This document shows positions 1-10,407 of a DNA stretch of 64,000 nt, one piece after another. Position 1 is the first letter of the stretch. The number at the start of each line of letters is the position of its first letter. Source of the stretch: an uncultured Desulfatiglans sp. GTDB taxonomy: Bacteria > Desulfobacterota > DSM-4660 > Desulfatiglandales > HGW-15. The position numbers were made by a program, and so were the translations under genes. Location: NCBI GenBank assembly GCA_964643755.1, contig CAZXUA010000001.1:15173-79172 (forward strand), given 5' to 3'. The notes under the pieces are model-generated. The model was not told where the DNA came from. It was given only the letters and a program-made list of their open reading frames with translations, and did no database searches.

Positions 1-23
1 TAAAAACAAGCTTACAAGACTGG

Positions 24-47
24 ATTCCCCGACCCGGGTCGGGGAAT
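24..47. repeat. perfect 24-nt palindrome ATTCCCCGACCCGGGTCGGGGAAT (hairpin-forming)
   Basis: The sequence equals its own reverse complement. It lies 3' of the minus-strand gene ending at 154, near the window edge. Confidence 0.5.
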
Positions 48-128
48 GACACTAAGGTCAGTTCATCAAGCAGATTTACGAGATTTTGAATTTGTCGTGT
101 TACGTTCCTCAACCCGACCTGCAAGGCT

Positions 129-152
129 GAAAGCTGATGGCTGATAGCTTTC
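129..152 (-). terminator. hairpin GAAAGCT-N10-AGCTTTC just 3' of the PP-loop ATPase gene; built from GCTGA/TCAGC units
   Basis: A 7-bp inverted repeat sits 2 nt beyond the stop codon at 154-156. No clear U-tract follows. Confidence 0.3.
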
Positions 153-153
153 A

Positions 154-1131
154 TTATGTCCCCTCGATCATGTACTCTCTGAACTCATCGAGCTCTTTCC
201 CTGTGCTCTTAATGATCTCCTTTTTACCATTATGGATAATCATCAGCTCTATCTCATTCATCTTTGCATCACTGTAGGATGCGGTTATGGATGCGGCAAG
301 CTTATCTGTCTCAGGGGTTCTTTTACCTGCAACATACACAACAGGCCCGGGTACTGTGACAGTATTTATGGTGTAGCCGTTTTCACCTGCGAGTTCTAGT
401 ATTCTCTCATTTTCCTTCATGTCCCTACCTACAACCATCTTCAGATCAGGATTAATGCGGAAATGTCTGCCAACCTTTAAGAGCTCTATCTCATTTCTGT
501 TTAGGTCAGGGCTGTTATCGATAAGGTCCTTGAACCTCTTGCAGAATATCGGGTCTGTTAAGAGGCAGCCTCCGCCTGGTGTAGGGTAATGTTTTACACC
601 AAGCTCTTTTGCGAGTTTTATCTGCGGTTTTCTGGAGCGGCCGGATAGCCTGAGCAGGCTTATATCCCGTACCCAACCATTTATTTCAGGTGTGGTCTTT
701 TCAAGTAACTTTGCAGAAAGGGGCCTTAACACTAAGCCCTTCATGGTACTTGTCTTTTCAACCGCTGCAAGGGCTGATTTTTGCTGTGACATTGGCCTCT
801 GGCCCAGCACCTCTCCGCTTATTAAAAATGATGCGTTCTCCTCTTTCAGCATTTCTCCTGCAATCTTAAGCATGAGTGCATGGCAGTCTATGCACGGGTT
901 CATATAGCCGCCAAAACCATACACAGGAGCCTTGAACATGGGGAAATATCTGTCCGTGATATCGACAACTTTTAAGGGGAGATTATTTTTTTCGGCGGAT
1001 TCAATTGCCTTATCAGGGCTAAAAAAAGGGGTGGTAAAATTGATAGGTAAAACATCCACCCCTGACAGCATTACAAGCTTTACTGCGAGGATGCTGTCAA
1101 GCCCTCCGGAAAAGATGGATAGCGCCTTCAT
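154..1131 (-). CDS. PP-loop superfamily ATPase (tRNA sulfurtransferase / MnmA-ThiI-like)
   Basis: 325-aa ORF. The N-terminal SGGLDS PP-loop motif is present, with conserved Cys (CIDCH) downstream. Its start lies 1 nt downstream of the stop of the upstream DnaJ-like gene. Confidence 0.65.
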   Translation of the reverse strand: MKALSIFSGGLDSILAVKLVMLSGVDVLPINFTTPFFSPDKAIESAEKNNLPLKVVDITDRYFPMFKAPVYGFGGYMNPCIDCHALMLKIAGEMLKEENASFLISGEVLGQRPMSQQKSALAAVEKTSTMKGLVLRPLSAKLLEKTTPEINGWVRDISLLRLSGRSRKPQIKLAKELGVKHYPTPGGGCLLTDPIFCKRFKDLIDNSPDLNRNEIELLKVGRHFRINPDLKMVVGRDMKENERILELAGENGYTINTVTVPGPVVYVAGKRTPETDKLAASITASYSDAKMNEIELMIIHNGKKEIIKSTGKELDEFREYMIEGT

Positions 1132-1132
1132 G

Positions 1133-2065
1133 CTAGAGGCCCATTTCAGCGAGCTTTTTTATGGTCTCTTCCTGTTTTTTTGTAAGGCTCTTTGGAACTT
1201 CTATACTGATGCTGACATAGGCATCGCCACGGTCAACGCCGTTCATGCGAGGTACACCATAACCCTTGAGTCTTAGTTTAGCATTATTCTGTGTCCCTGC
1301 AGGCACCTTTAGTCTTAAGGTCTTTTTATCTATGGTTTGTACCTCTATCTCTGTGCCGAGCACAGCCTCTGTATATTTTATGCTCTTTGTCATGGTGAGA
1401 TCATCACCGTCACGTTTAAATACCGGGTGATCCATAATCCTTACCTGTATGTAAAGGTCGCCATTCGGGCCGCCGTTTATACCGGGGTTACCCTTGCCGG
1501 CTAATCTTAGTTTTTTCCCGGTGGATATGCCTGCAGGTATCTTTACAGATATCTTTTCCTGCTCAGAGTTATCCTTTCGGTATGCAATCATCTTTTCTGT
1601 ATCAGCTATAGTGTCTTCAAGGCTGATAGAAAGTTCATATATGATATCTTTACCCTTTATAGGCTGAGGCCTGCCCCCGAATGCATTGCCAAATGGTGAA
1701 GCGCCCCCCTTGAATGAGTTACCTCCCATGTTGCCGAATATATTTCCAAAGCCACCCCGGCCACGTCCCCCAAAACCGAATTCGCTGAATATGCTGTCAA
1801 AATCGAAATTGCGGAATATGTCTTCCTGCGAATACTGTTTCTGGAACCCCTCTGAGCCGAACATGTCATACTGCTGCCTCTTTTCCTTGTTGCTTAAAAC
1901 AGCATATGCCTCAGATATATCCTTGAACCTGGCCTCTGCATTCTTATCACCCTTATTGCGGTCAGGATGATATTTCATGGCAAGCTTGCGATATGCCTTT
2001 TTTATTTCATCCTCAGTTGCTGTTTTTGAAATGCCCAATATCTTGTAATAGTCTTTCCCTGCCAT
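1133..2065 (-). CDS. cbpA: DnaJ-class co-chaperone without zinc finger (CbpA-like curved DNA-binding protein)
   Basis: N-terminal J domain (DYYKILGIS...KYHPDRNK), a G/F-rich linker, and two C-terminal substrate-binding domains. There is no CxxCxGxG zinc finger. 310 aa. Confidence 0.8.
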   Translation of the reverse strand: MAGKDYYKILGISKTATEDEIKKAYRKLAMKYHPDRNKGDKNAEARFKDISEAYAVLSNKEKRQQYDMFGSEGFQKQYSQEDIFRNFDFDSIFSEFGFGGRGRGGFGNIFGNMGGNSFKGGASPFGNAFGGRPQPIKGKDIIYELSISLEDTIADTEKMIAYRKDNSEQEKISVKIPAGISTGKKLRLAGKGNPGINGGPNGDLYIQVRIMDHPVFKRDGDDLTMTKSIKYTEAVLGTEIEVQTIDKKTLRLKVPAGTQNNAKLRLKGYGVPRMNGVDRGDAYVSISIEVPKSLTKKQEETIKKLAEMGL

Positions 2066-2128
2066 TAGAAACTCCAGAATCTAATTATTCATAGCCTTAA
2101 CACTGCATTCAATGAATCTAAATTTCTC

Positions 2129-2198
2129 ACCACGGAGGACAAGGAGGTCGGAGGTCACGGAGTATTAATTTTATTTTTTTCTCCGTGTTCTCCGTGGT
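2129..2198. repeat. CACGGAG-unit hairpin repeat, copy 1
   Basis: ACCACGGAGGACAAGGAGGTCGGAGGTCACGGAG ... CTCCGTGTTCTCCGTGGT. The arms are tandem CACGGAG-like units. It lies 3' of the TonB-like gene. Confidence 0.7.
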
Positions 2199-2291
2199 TA
2201 AATATTAAGTTTTTTTATTTCTTCCAATCTTATTAATTTCCCTAAAATAAGCATATTTTTATTTGAGTCAAGAAGCCTATAACTCCCTGAT

Positions 2292-2912
2292 TTATAAATT
2301 CTTTTTTGCAGCAGAAAGGCGGTATTCAAAGGTGACCTTTATATTTAGCCTCTCTACTGTAATAGATTCAGGAAATGGGGGGAAAGGCGCTGCCCGTCTG
2401 ATGGCATCAAGCCCCTCCTGGTCAAGTATCTCATATCCTGAGGTGCCGGTTATCTCAACACCTGTAAGGTGACCATCCTTTGACAGGCTGAATATGGCAT
2501 AGGCTTTTCCCTCCATCTTATTTTCCTTTGCCTCCCTTGGATAGCCCCAGCAGGCGGTAAGCCTTTTTTTTATGAGCCCTGTATAGGATACATAGCGCTT
2601 ATCAACCGTATCAAGGGATATGGTCTCCTCAGATTTTTTATCTGCCTCAATGATCTTCTTTATGGTATTTTCCCTCTCCTTTTCTGTCATCTTTTCAAAT
2701 GGAATATCATCTATTGCATCCCTTATAAATTCCACCCTGTAGCTCTTGAGATCTTCAATCCGCCATATGTCTGGCGCAAACTGCTGTATTATGAGTATCA
2801 GGACAATGTGTGAAAAAAAAGAGAGCCCGAATGCGGTCTTTCTTATCCTTGATGCGGCAAAAAGACTATTTGCTATTGTTGTTTTTCTGTCCATTGACCC
2901 AAAGCTCAACAT
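2292..2912 (-). CDS. TonB C-terminal domain protein (energy transducer TonB-like)
   Basis: One N-terminal TM helix and a C-terminal TonB_C-like block (GYEILDQEGLDAIRRAAPFPPFP). I moved the start to the internal Met with a GGTGG RBS; the ORF-track start at 2957 overlaps the HD gene. The start remains uncertain. Confidence 0.6.
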   Translation of the reverse strand: MLSFGSMDRKTTIANSLFAASRIRKTAFGLSFFSHIVLILIIQQFAPDIWRIEDLKSYRVEFIRDAIDDIPFEKMTEKERENTIKKIIEADKKSEETISLDTVDKRYVSYTGLIKKRLTACWGYPREAKENKMEGKAYAIFSLSKDGHLTGVEITGTSGYEILDQEGLDAIRRAAPFPPFPESITVERLNIKVTFEYRLSAAKKNL

Positions 2913-3453
2913 TTTTATCAAACCACCATTCTGCCTGGTCAGTATTAAGGATTTCATCTACCATCTCTTTTGCCTTTTCGGTGATAAGCCGTTTTTTTGC
3001 ATAAAAAATCCACTCATCCGCATATCTGTTTCCAAGGTCCTTCGCACGCTTGAGTTCAAGGATCAGGTCAATCTGATCCGCATCCCGGGCAATTTTTGCC
3101 TCAATAGTGGCCAGTTCATTGAATTCCTCAGTCAATGATGCAATTTCGGCACCAAAAGAGAGCCCCTCTGTCATATGGGTGACCGCCTTTTTTTCATCAA
3201 CCGTGTTATACTGCTTATTAACATAATTCATGTCGCCGCTCCTTGCCTCATGCAGGTCATGGAAAAGGCACATGAGCACGGTTTTGTTCCTGTCTGCCTC
3301 CGGCATTTGTCCGGCAAGGATATAACCGATTATTGTCATCCTGAATGAGTGGTCAGCCACTGATTCACTCCCCGAACCAAGGAACTGGTAACCAGTACGG
3401 GGGGTCTTTTTCAGCATGCCCACTTCAAAGAGAAAATTTGCTATCTTTTTCAT
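2866..3453 (-). CDS. HD-domain phosphohydrolase (YfbR-like 5'-nucleotidase family)
   Basis: His...HD...D metal motif (ADHSFRM, FHDLHEARSGD). 195 aa. Confidence 0.7.
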   Translation of the reverse strand: MKKIANFLFEVGMLKKTPRTGYQFLGSGSESVADHSFRMTIIGYILAGQMPEADRNKTVLMCLFHDLHEARSGDMNYVNKQYNTVDEKKAVTHMTEGLSFGAEIASLTEEFNELATIEAKIARDADQIDLILELKRAKDLGNRYADEWIFYAKKRLITEKAKEMVDEILNTDQAEWWFDKNVELWVNGQKNNNSK

Positions 3454-3601
3454 AATGCTAATTCAATATGGAGAATAGCTCTAAATGTCAAGAAACAATA
3501 ATAAAACCTCCTAACTTAAAATATTGGGCGCTATATTTAAAGTCTGGTTAATTAACCTGTTTTGTAGTATAGAGAGACAAAAAAATAATGGTGGTACAGA
3601 A

Positions 3602-4114
3602 ATGAGCGATACACTTAAAATATTCAGGTTTCCTGACCCGGTCCTGAGGACAAAGGCAAAACCGGTTGAAAACATAGACGGAAAGCTACAAAAGCTAATA
3701 GATGACATGACCGAAACCATGTACAGGGCGCCCGGTATAGGGCTTGCTGCCATTCAGGTGGGTGAACCCATAAGTCTTGTTGTATATGATGTGGCACCCC
3801 CTGAGGAGGCACACAAGATCAACGTGATAATGAACCCGGAGATCGTCTCCCGCGAAGGCTCAATCACCTATGAAGAGGCATGCCTCTCTGTTTTTGACTA
3901 TTCCGCAGAGGTAAAAAGGAGCAACAGGGTAGTGGTGAAGGCTATTGATCGTGAGGGCAACCCAATAGAGATAGAGGCAGAGGGGCTGCACGCTGTCTGC
4001 CTTCAGCATGAGATAGACCACCTGAATGGTCTGCTTTTTATTGACCATATCAGCTCCTTGAAAAGGTCTCTATATAAAAACCGACTTAAAAAGATTTTAA
4101 ACAAAGAAGCATAA
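3602..4114 (+). CDS. def: peptide deformylase
   Basis: Motifs GIGLAAIQVG, EACLSV and QHEIDHLNG are present. The start was trimmed to MSDTLKIF, because the ORF-track start adds 26 non-conserved residues. Confidence 0.95.
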   Translation: MSDTLKIFRFPDPVLRTKAKPVENIDGKLQKLIDDMTETMYRAPGIGLAAIQVGEPISLVVYDVAPPEEAHKINVIMNPEIVSREGSITYEEACLSVFDYSAEVKRSNRVVVKAIDREGNPIEIEAEGLHAVCLQHEIDHLNGLLFIDHISSLKRSLYKNRLKKILNKEA

Positions 4115-4122
4115 CAGGGATA

Positions 4123-5091
4123 ATGGAACAGGTTATTTCAGACAGATTGCCGGAAAGGCCAAGGATCATCTACATGGGCACGCCTGACTTTGCTGTGCCT
4201 GCGCTTGTTAGCCTTGTAAAGGCCGGTTATGATATTGAGGCAGTTATTACCCAGCCTGATAAACCAAAGGGGAGGGGGCTTACCCTCTCATTCTGCCCAG
4301 TTAAGGAGGCTGCTATTGCATACGGGCTTAATGTAATGCAGCCTGATAATGTAAATAATCAACCATTCATAGAGGGGTTAAGGCTGATAAACCCTGATCT
4401 TTTTATTGTTGCTGCATTTGGTCAACTGCTTGGGCAGGAGCTGCTATCTGTGCCAAGGTTGGGAGCAATAAATATTCATGCATCACTTCTGCCTCTTTAC
4501 AGGGGTGCAGCGCCCATACAGTGGGCAATACTGGACAACAGGGCTGTAACAGGTATCACACTCATGAAGATGACAAAGGGGCTGGATAAGGGGCCTGTAC
4601 TATTTATGCATGAGGTTGCTATTCATGAAAATGAGACTGCCGGGGGACTTTTTGACAGGCTTGCAGCAATATCAGGGGATGTGATTGTAAGGTTTCTAAA
4701 GGAATTCGCGGGTAAAGAGATATCAGGCACACCGCAGGATGACAGGCTTTCCTCCTATGCCTCAAAGATAACAAAGGAGATGGCAAGGATAGACTGGACA
4801 AAGGGCGCTGTAAGTATTGCCGCGCTTATAAGGGCAATGGACCCCTTTCCCGGTGCAACAACAAATATGAATGGAAAGATCGTGAAACTCTTTTCACCTT
4901 TTGTTATTGATAAGATCACCAGGTCAGAAAAACCTGGAAGGATAATCACTGATGACCCTAACAGGCTTATGGTGGAGACAGGGGAGGGCATCATTGAAAT
5001 AGGTGAGATACAGCTCCCAAATAAAAACAGGATGGCTGTAAAGGCATTTTTAGCTGGCAACAGGATAGAAAAAGAGACCATATTATTATAG
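4123..5091 (+). CDS. fmt: methionyl-tRNA formyltransferase
   Basis: HASLLPLYRGAAPIQWAI motif. Directly follows def. Confidence 0.95.
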   Translation: MEQVISDRLPERPRIIYMGTPDFAVPALVSLVKAGYDIEAVITQPDKPKGRGLTLSFCPVKEAAIAYGLNVMQPDNVNNQPFIEGLRLINPDLFIVAAFGQLLGQELLSVPRLGAINIHASLLPLYRGAAPIQWAILDNRAVTGITLMKMTKGLDKGPVLFMHEVAIHENETAGGLFDRLAAISGDVIVRFLKEFAGKEISGTPQDDRLSSYASKITKEMARIDWTKGAVSIAALIRAMDPFPGATTNMNGKIVKLFSPFVIDKITRSEKPGRIITDDPNRLMVETGEGIIEIGEIQLPNKNRMAVKAFLAGNRIEKETILL

Positions 5092-5105
5092 ATTACAGCA
5101 CTCAT

Positions 5106-5149
5106 CGTTCAGCTTTCAGCTAACTGTTCTGAATGCTTTTAGCTGAACG
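5106..5149. repeat. TCAGC/GCTGA-unit hairpin (CGTTCAGCT ... AGCTGAACG)
   Basis: A 9-bp inverted repeat encloses more TCAGC units. It lies between fmt and the DUF116 gene. Confidence 0.55.
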
Positions 5150-5211
5150 CTAACTTGAAAATTGCGGTCTTATAAAAGGTATAACCGGAAAATAACCTTT
5201 CAGGGCAAAAG

Positions 5212-5991
5212 ATGAACGATTTTGATAACAGGCAGAGCAGAACCAGTGACAGAAACAGGTTTATCCTTCTGCTTCTTCTTACCTGCGCAGCGCTAATGGG
5301 GCTTGCTATACTCCTGTGGCTGATTCCATATATCGGTTTCAGCAATATCCATCCGAAGCTCCCCCTGATAATGGCGCTGTTTTTCGCTGCTGTAGTGCTG
5401 TACATGATCGGTGGCGGCCTGACCCTGATATTTACAATCCTGAGGGGTAAAAATCTCTTTTTCAACCGCAGGATAAGGGGTGTTGTCATACGTTTTCTAT
5501 TTCCCATGCTTGTGGTTATTGGAAAGCTTATTGGCATCAGTAAGGATCAGGTCAGGAGATCATTTATAGAGATAAACAATCAGCTTGTCCTTAGTGAGGC
5601 CAGAAAGGTAAAACCAGAAAAGCTACTCATTCTTTTACCCCACTGTTTACAGTTCCATGACTGCCAGGTCAGGATAACAGGGGATATATCAAACTGCAAA
5701 AAATGCGGTAAATGCAAGATCAGGGATCTGGTAAGTCTCACAGAAAGATATAATGTGCCGGTTTCTGTTGCAACAGGAGGCACCCTTGCTAGAAGAATAG
5801 TGGTGGAAAAGAGGCCGGATATCATCATTGCTGTAGCATGTGAGAGGGACCTTACAAGCGGGATACAGGACAGCTTCCCCATACCTGTATATGGAATATT
5901 AAACAAAAGACCGTTTGGCCCATGTTACGACACTGATATAGATATGGAGATGGTGGAAGGGGCTGTAAAGGCGTTTTTAGGCAATGGCTAA
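5212..5991 (+). CDS. DUF116-family membrane protein with C-terminal Cys cluster
   Basis: N-terminal TM helices, HCLQFHDC...CKKCGKC cysteines, and the conserved position between fmt and rsmB. Family assignment is from memory. Confidence 0.55.
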   Translation: MNDFDNRQSRTSDRNRFILLLLLTCAALMGLAILLWLIPYIGFSNIHPKLPLIMALFFAAVVLYMIGGGLTLIFTILRGKNLFFNRRIRGVVIRFLFPMLVVIGKLIGISKDQVRRSFIEINNQLVLSEARKVKPEKLLILLPHCLQFHDCQVRITGDISNCKKCGKCKIRDLVSLTERYNVPVSVATGGTLARRIVVEKRPDIIIAVACERDLTSGIQDSFPIPVYGILNKRPFGPCYDTDIDMEMVEGAVKAFLGNG

Positions 5992-7345
5992 AGATAAACC
6001 CCGTGAACTGGCACTTGATACACTTATCGGCCTTGAAAAGGCGGGTGAATATACCGGCAATTACCTTGAGGAGATATTCAGCAAAAACCCTGGCCTTGAC
6101 GGGAGGGATAGAGGTTTTATTGCCAACCTGATTCAGGGTGTAATTCGCTACAGGCTAAGACTGGACTATATTATAGGCGGTTTTTCAAACACCCCTTTAA
6201 AGAAGATTGATATAAGGGTGCTCAATATACTGCGTCTTGCGATCTATCAGATATATCTTATGGACAGGGTGCCTGAATCTGCCGCGGTTGACAGGGCGGT
6301 TGAGCAGGTAAAGGGATTAAAGGGACAAGCGCATGTTGTGCCATTTGTTAATGGTCTTTTAAGAAACCTGTGCCGCAATAAGGATGGTGTTAAATTCCCT
6401 GACCGAAAAAAGGCCACTGTAAAATATTTGAGCAGTTTTTATTCATTCCCTTTATGGCATGCACAGAGGTGCCTTGATGAATTCGGCCTTACAGAAACAG
6501 AGGCGTTATTTGAGGCACAGAACAGGTTCCCATCCATCAATATCAGGGCGAACAGGCTTAAGACCACAGCAGATGAGCTTATGAAGGTGCTTGCTGATGA
6601 AGGTATCAAAGCTGTTCATGCTGAGTATGTGCCTGACTGCTTTATATTGGAAAATTTCAATGGCAGGATAGAGAGGATTGCTTCATTTAAAAATGGGCTT
6701 TTTCAGGTACAGGATCAGGCCGCACAGGTAATCCCATGGCTCCTTGATGTAAAGCAGGGGCAGGCAATACTTGATGTGTGCGCCGGTCTTGGCGGTAAAT
6801 CAAGCCACCTGATGGAGCTGATGGGCGGAGAGGGGCATGTCACCAGTCTTGATACGGATAAACGCAGGCTTGAGATGCTCCATGAAAATTCAAGGAGGCT
6901 TGGAATAAAAGGAATAAAGAGTATTGTTGCAGATGCATCTGAGCCTTTTCCTGACAGGTTAAAGAATGGTTTTGACAGGGTGTTAATAGATGCCCCATGT
7001 TCAGGCCTGGGCACAATAGGCAGACACCCTGATATCAAATGGAACAGGACAGAGATAGATATAAAAAGGATCTCAAGGATACAGAGAAAGATACTGGAGA
7101 ACTCTTTTGAGGCGGTAAGGCCGGGCGGGCTCATACTCTATGTCGTATGCACATACACAAGAGAGGAAAACAGGACTGTTATAGATAACTTTATTAATAA
7201 AAACAGCGGGGCATCACTTGTTGATCTGAATACAATTGTACCGGAATGGGGAAGAAACCTTATTGACAATGAGGGGTTTTTCAGGTCATATCCCCATAAA
7301 CATAAAATGGACGGGTTTTTTGCGGCCCTTATGAGAAAAGGATAA
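5984..7345 (+). CDS. rsmB: 16S rRNA (cytosine967-C5)-methyltransferase
   Basis: NusB-like N-terminus, a SAM-binding [10 protein letters not shown] block, and DAPCSGLGT plus the catalytic Cys region. Confidence 0.9.
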   Translation: MAKDKPRELALDTLIGLEKAGEYTGNYLEEIFSKNPGLDGRDRGFIANLIQGVIRYRLRLDYIIGGFSNTPLKKIDIRVLNILRLAIYQIYLMDRVPESAAVDRAVEQVKGLKGQAHVVPFVNGLLRNLCRNKDGVKFPDRKKATVKYLSSFYSFPLWHAQRCLDEFGLTETEALFEAQNRFPSINIRANRLKTTADELMKVLADEGIKAVHAEYVPDCFILENFNGRIERIASFKNGLFQVQDQAAQVIPWLLDVKQGQAILDVCAGLGGKSSHLMELMGGEGHVTSLDTDKRRLEMLHENSRRLGIKGIKSIVADASEPFPDRLKNGFDRVLIDAPCSGLGTIGRHPDIKWNRTEIDIKRISRIQRKILENSFEAVRPGGLILYVVCTYTREENRTVIDNFINKNSGASLVDLNTIVPEWGRNLIDNEGFFRSYPHKHKMDGFFAALMRKG

Positions 7346-7358
7346 TAAGGAGTTACAA

Positions 7359-8015
7359 ATGGGAATAATAGCGCCATCAATATTGTCAGCCGATTTTTCA
7401 AAACTGGGTGAAGAGGTTCAAGCTGCTGAAAGGGCAGGGGCTGACTACATACATGTGGATGTAATGGACGGCCATTTTGTGCCCAATATAACCATAGGCC
7501 CGCTGGTTGTTAACGGGGTAAAAAAGGCGACAAAACTCCCCCTTGATGTACACCTTATGATAGAAAACCCTGATCAGTATATTGTTGCGTTTGCAGAGGC
7601 TGGCGCAGATATCATTACCATACACGCAGAGGCGGTTAACCACCTGCACAGGTCTATCCAGATCATAAAAGGCGCAGGGTGCAGGGCAGGTGTATCCCTT
7701 AACCCTGCAACACCCATTGATGTTCTGGAGTATATCCTTGATGATATTGATATGGTGCTTATCATGACAGTAAACCCCGGGTTTGGTGGTCAGAGGTTTA
7801 TACCCGCCACACTCTCCAAGATAGAAAGTCTCAAAGAGATGATTGTAAGCAGGGGCCTTAATGTTGATATAGAGGTGGATGGAGGCATAAACCCGGATAC
7901 AATAGCAAAGGTATCTGCTGCCGGGGCAAATGTATTTGTTGCAGGGGCATTTGTGTTTAACAGCCCTAATTACAGTGATGCAATAAAGGCGCTTAGAAAC
8001 GGGATAGTTGAATAA
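7359..8015 (+). CDS. rpe: ribulose-phosphate 3-epimerase
   Basis: [22 protein letters not shown] and VNPGFGGQ motifs. Confidence 0.95.
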   Translation: MGIIAPSILSADFSKLGEEVQAAERAGADYIHVDVMDGHFVPNITIGPLVVNGVKKATKLPLDVHLMIENPDQYIVAFAEAGADIITIHAEAVNHLHRSIQIIKGAGCRAGVSLNPATPIDVLEYILDDIDMVLIMTVNPGFGGQRFIPATLSKIESLKEMIVSRGLNVDIEVDGGINPDTIAKVSAAGANVFVAGAFVFNSPNYSDAIKALRNGIVE

Positions 8016-8125
8016 AAAGGGTTTATCTGCCTCCGCAAGATGCTATGGCAGGACAAGCAATTCAAGGTTTGAGGTTTTCGGGCACTGAAATTATATTTAT
8101 AGGGTAAAAAAAGTTTATTTTACCC

Positions 8126-8154
8126 TTGATATTTTTAAGGTGTGCCATTATTAT
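8126..8154 (+). promoter_or_regulatory. sigma70-type promoter for tRNA-Ser (TTGATA-17-TATTAT)
   Basis: -35 at 8126-8131 and -10 at 8149-8154, about 20 nt upstream of the tRNA 5' end. Confidence 0.5.
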
Positions 8155-8173
8155 ACGCACCTTGCAGATTGAT

Positions 8174-8268
8174 GGAGAGATGGCCGAGTATGGCTTAAGG
8201 CGCTCGCCTGCTAAGCGAGTGTAGGGCGTAAAGCTTTACCGAGGGTTCGAATCCCTCTCTCTCCGCCA
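8174..8268 (+). tRNA. tRNA-Ser (anticodon GCU), CCA encoded
   Basis: Manual cloverleaf: acceptor GGAGAGA/TCTCTCC, anticodon arm CTCGC-CTGCTAA-GCGAG, long variable arm, T arm GAGGG-TTCGAAT-CCCTC. Confidence 0.95.
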
Positions 8269-8289
8269 TAAACAAAGTTAAAATAAATA

Positions 8290-8318
8290 AGGCTGGTAAA
8301 AATCCCAGCCTTTTTCTT
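8290..8318 (+). terminator. intrinsic terminator after tRNA-Ser
   Basis: AGGCTGG-loop-CCAGCCT hairpin followed by TTTTTCTTT. Confidence 0.7.
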
Positions 8319-8451
8319 TATGGGCGCAAATTCAGATCATGCAATACGGCAGAAGAAATATTTTGATTTTTATTCCTGCAGTAATACCCAATTATCATGC
8401 TTGATTTTTAAAACATATCCTGTAAGCTCAGAAGAAAATTGAAAGGTAACA

Positions 8452-9642
8452 ATGAATACTCAGAATGTGACTATACGGCCCGGGTGGCTTATTGATGGTT
8501 CGGGCAGGCCTGCCAGAAAAGATATGCTGATAAAGATTGCAGGGGGTATTATTTCCTCTGTAGCTTATTTCATCCCTGGTCAGCATGCAACTGATGAATG
8601 CCTTGATTTTACTGACTGCACAATTATACCTGCCCTTTGTGACAGCCATACACACCTTGCCATATCAGGGCGCCTTGACCCTGAAATCAGGGACAACCAG
8701 ATGGCGTATGGATATGATCATGCAGAGGCAATGATAGCTGGTCATGTCAGCGATTACCTCAAATATGGTGTGCTTACAGTTCGGGATAGTGGTGATTTTC
8801 ATGCCCATTGCCTGAGATATAAAAATCTTTGTCATGATAAAAAGAACCAATATGTTTCGATCTATGCAGCCGGTAATGGCCTTCACGTGAAGGGGAGATA
8901 CGGGCAGCTTTTAGGCATGCATCTTCAACCCGGACGGGAACTCTCCCAGGCCATTCTGGAAGATTTCAGGCCAGGTATGGATCATGTCAAGATTGTGAAC
9001 TCCGGTGTAAACAGCCTTACCGAGTTTGGTAAAGAGACATCACCACAATTTACTTTAAAAGAGCTCAAAGCTGCTGTTAAGGCGGCTGACAGTATTGGTC
9101 TTAAAGTGATGGTTCATGCAAATGGTAAAGAACCTGTAAGGTTGGCTATAGAAGCTGGTTGTCATACAATAGAGCACGGCTTTTTCATGGGTGCTGATAA
9201 CCTTAAACTGATGGCTGACATGGGTGTTACATGGGTACCCACTATATGCACCATGAAGGCATACATGGATAATTCAGCCCCAGAATCAGGCGGGCACAAG
9301 GTTGCAGAGAAGAATTTGATGCATCAGCTTGAGCAGGTTGAAAAAGCCATTAAATATGGTGTCACAATAGCACTGGGCACAGACGCAGGCTCTCCGGGTG
9401 TATACCACGGCTCAGGGGTTATAGAAGAGTTAGGGCTTTTAATTAAGGCAGGTTTTACAGTTGAACAGGCAATCAAATGCGCAACATCCAATGCAATGCA
9501 AATTATAAATGATGCCCCGAATACTGGTACTATTTCAAAGGATAATCAAGTTACCTTTGTGGTTGTAAATGGAAAGCCGGCTGATCTGCCGGGATCATTA
9601 AAGGATATTAAGTGCATCTGGATAAATGGAACAAGAATATGA
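8452..9642 (+). CDS. amidohydrolase-family metal-dependent hydrolase
   Basis: CDSHTHL (HxH) near the N-terminus, plus later His and Asp (VHANG, GTDAG) typical of the amidohydrolase fold. Confidence 0.75.
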   Translation: MNTQNVTIRPGWLIDGSGRPARKDMLIKIAGGIISSVAYFIPGQHATDECLDFTDCTIIPALCDSHTHLAISGRLDPEIRDNQMAYGYDHAEAMIAGHVSDYLKYGVLTVRDSGDFHAHCLRYKNLCHDKKNQYVSIYAAGNGLHVKGRYGQLLGMHLQPGRELSQAILEDFRPGMDHVKIVNSGVNSLTEFGKETSPQFTLKELKAAVKAADSIGLKVMVHANGKEPVRLAIEAGCHTIEHGFFMGADNLKLMADMGVTWVPTICTMKAYMDNSAPESGGHKVAEKNLMHQLEQVEKAIKYGVTIALGTDAGSPGVYHGSGVIEELGLLIKAGFTVEQAIKCATSNAMQIINDAPNTGTISKDNQVTFVVVNGKPADLPGSLKDIKCIWINGTRI

Positions 9643-9680
9643 CTTTATAGTGATAGTGAAATATGAAAAACTAATAGTTT

Positions 9681-9755
9681 ACCACGGAGTACACGGAGAT
9701 CACGGAGTATTCACCTTTTAAGTTTTTACTCCGTGCTCTCCGTGTACTCCGTGGT
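9681..9755. repeat. CACGGAG-unit hairpin repeat, copy 2
   Basis: ACCACGGAGTACACGGAGATCACGGAGTA ... TACTCCGTGCTCTCCGTGTACTCCGTGGT. It lies between convergent genes. Confidence 0.8.
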
Positions 9756-9832
9756 AAAAAATATCCTCTTGTATTTCACCATCGTATATATATTTAGAAA
9801 CACAATAAAAATTGAGGTTTTTAACTCACAAG

Positions 9833-10231
9833 CTAGGGTTCATTCCACCCAGTAAGGTTTCCCTTTTCATCAAATGATACATAGCTCTGGTAAAAGTTGG
9901 GGTAATACCAGATCAGCCTTGAACCATCCACAGACTTTACCGGTTCACCAAGCAGCTTTTTAACCTCTTCCTGGGTCATCCCCTTTTTAAGGTTACGCCA
10001 ATTTTTCTTGTTGAGCCAGCCATAGGCAGTCTCTTTTTCCTGCTCTTTGGGGACATCATAGATCTTAATGATCTGCTCAAGGTCTTTTATCCTGTTTTCA
10101 AGCTCAATGATACGCTGCTGCATGTTTTTTATTTCTTTATCGTTTGATTCATCTGATGATGCATTTGCTGTAAAGGTCAAAGTGATTAAAAAAAATATAA
10201 ACAGGGTGATTGATCTGAAATTGATTTTCAT
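9833..10231 (-). CDS. secreted coiled-coil protein with BamE/SmpA-OmlA-like C-terminal domain
   Basis: Signal peptide MKINFRSITLFIFFLITLTFTANA. The C-terminal block GMTQEEVKKLLGEP...W is present. I trimmed the start because the upstream part of the track ORF is a tRNA. Confidence 0.5.
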   Translation of the reverse strand: MKINFRSITLFIFFLITLTFTANASSDESNDKEIKNMQQRIIELENRIKDLEQIIKIYDVPKEQEKETAYGWLNKKNWRNLKKGMTQEEVKKLLGEPVKSVDGSRLIWYYPNFYQSYVSFDEKGNLTGWNEP

Positions 10232-10278
10232 GATTGACCTCCAGTGATGCATGATACTTTTAATATTAAAAGGTTTCA

Positions 10279-10363
10279 TGGTGCGAGAGAGGGGATTTGA
10301 ACCCCTACACCTTGCGGCACTGGATCCTAAGTCCAGCGCGTCTGCCAGTTCCGCCACTCTCGC
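10279..10363 (-). tRNA. tRNA-Leu (anticodon UAG), CCA encoded
   Basis: Reverse complement reads GCGAGAGTGGCGGAA...CTGGA-CTTAGGA-TCCAG...GGGGTTCAAATCCCC-TCTCGCACCA. It has a long variable arm. Confidence 0.95.
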
Positions 10364-10374
10364 ATGGAGTGTCT

Positions 10375-10402
10375 ATTTTCATCATAAATGAAAAAGAGTC
10401 AA
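10375..10402 (-). promoter_or_regulatory. candidate promoter for tRNA-Leu (TTGACT-16-GAAAAT)
   Basis: On the minus strand, -35 is at 10402-10397 and -10 at 10380-10375, about 12 nt before the tRNA 5' end. Confidence 0.4.
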
Positions 10403-10407
10403 GGTTT

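Noticed and set aside
9833-10357. 174-aa ORF in the track, starting MAELADALDLGSSAARCRGSNPLSRT...
   Set aside because: The first ~26 codons are simply the translation of tRNA-Leu(UAG) at 10279-10363. The real CDS most likely starts at the signal-peptide Met (10231).
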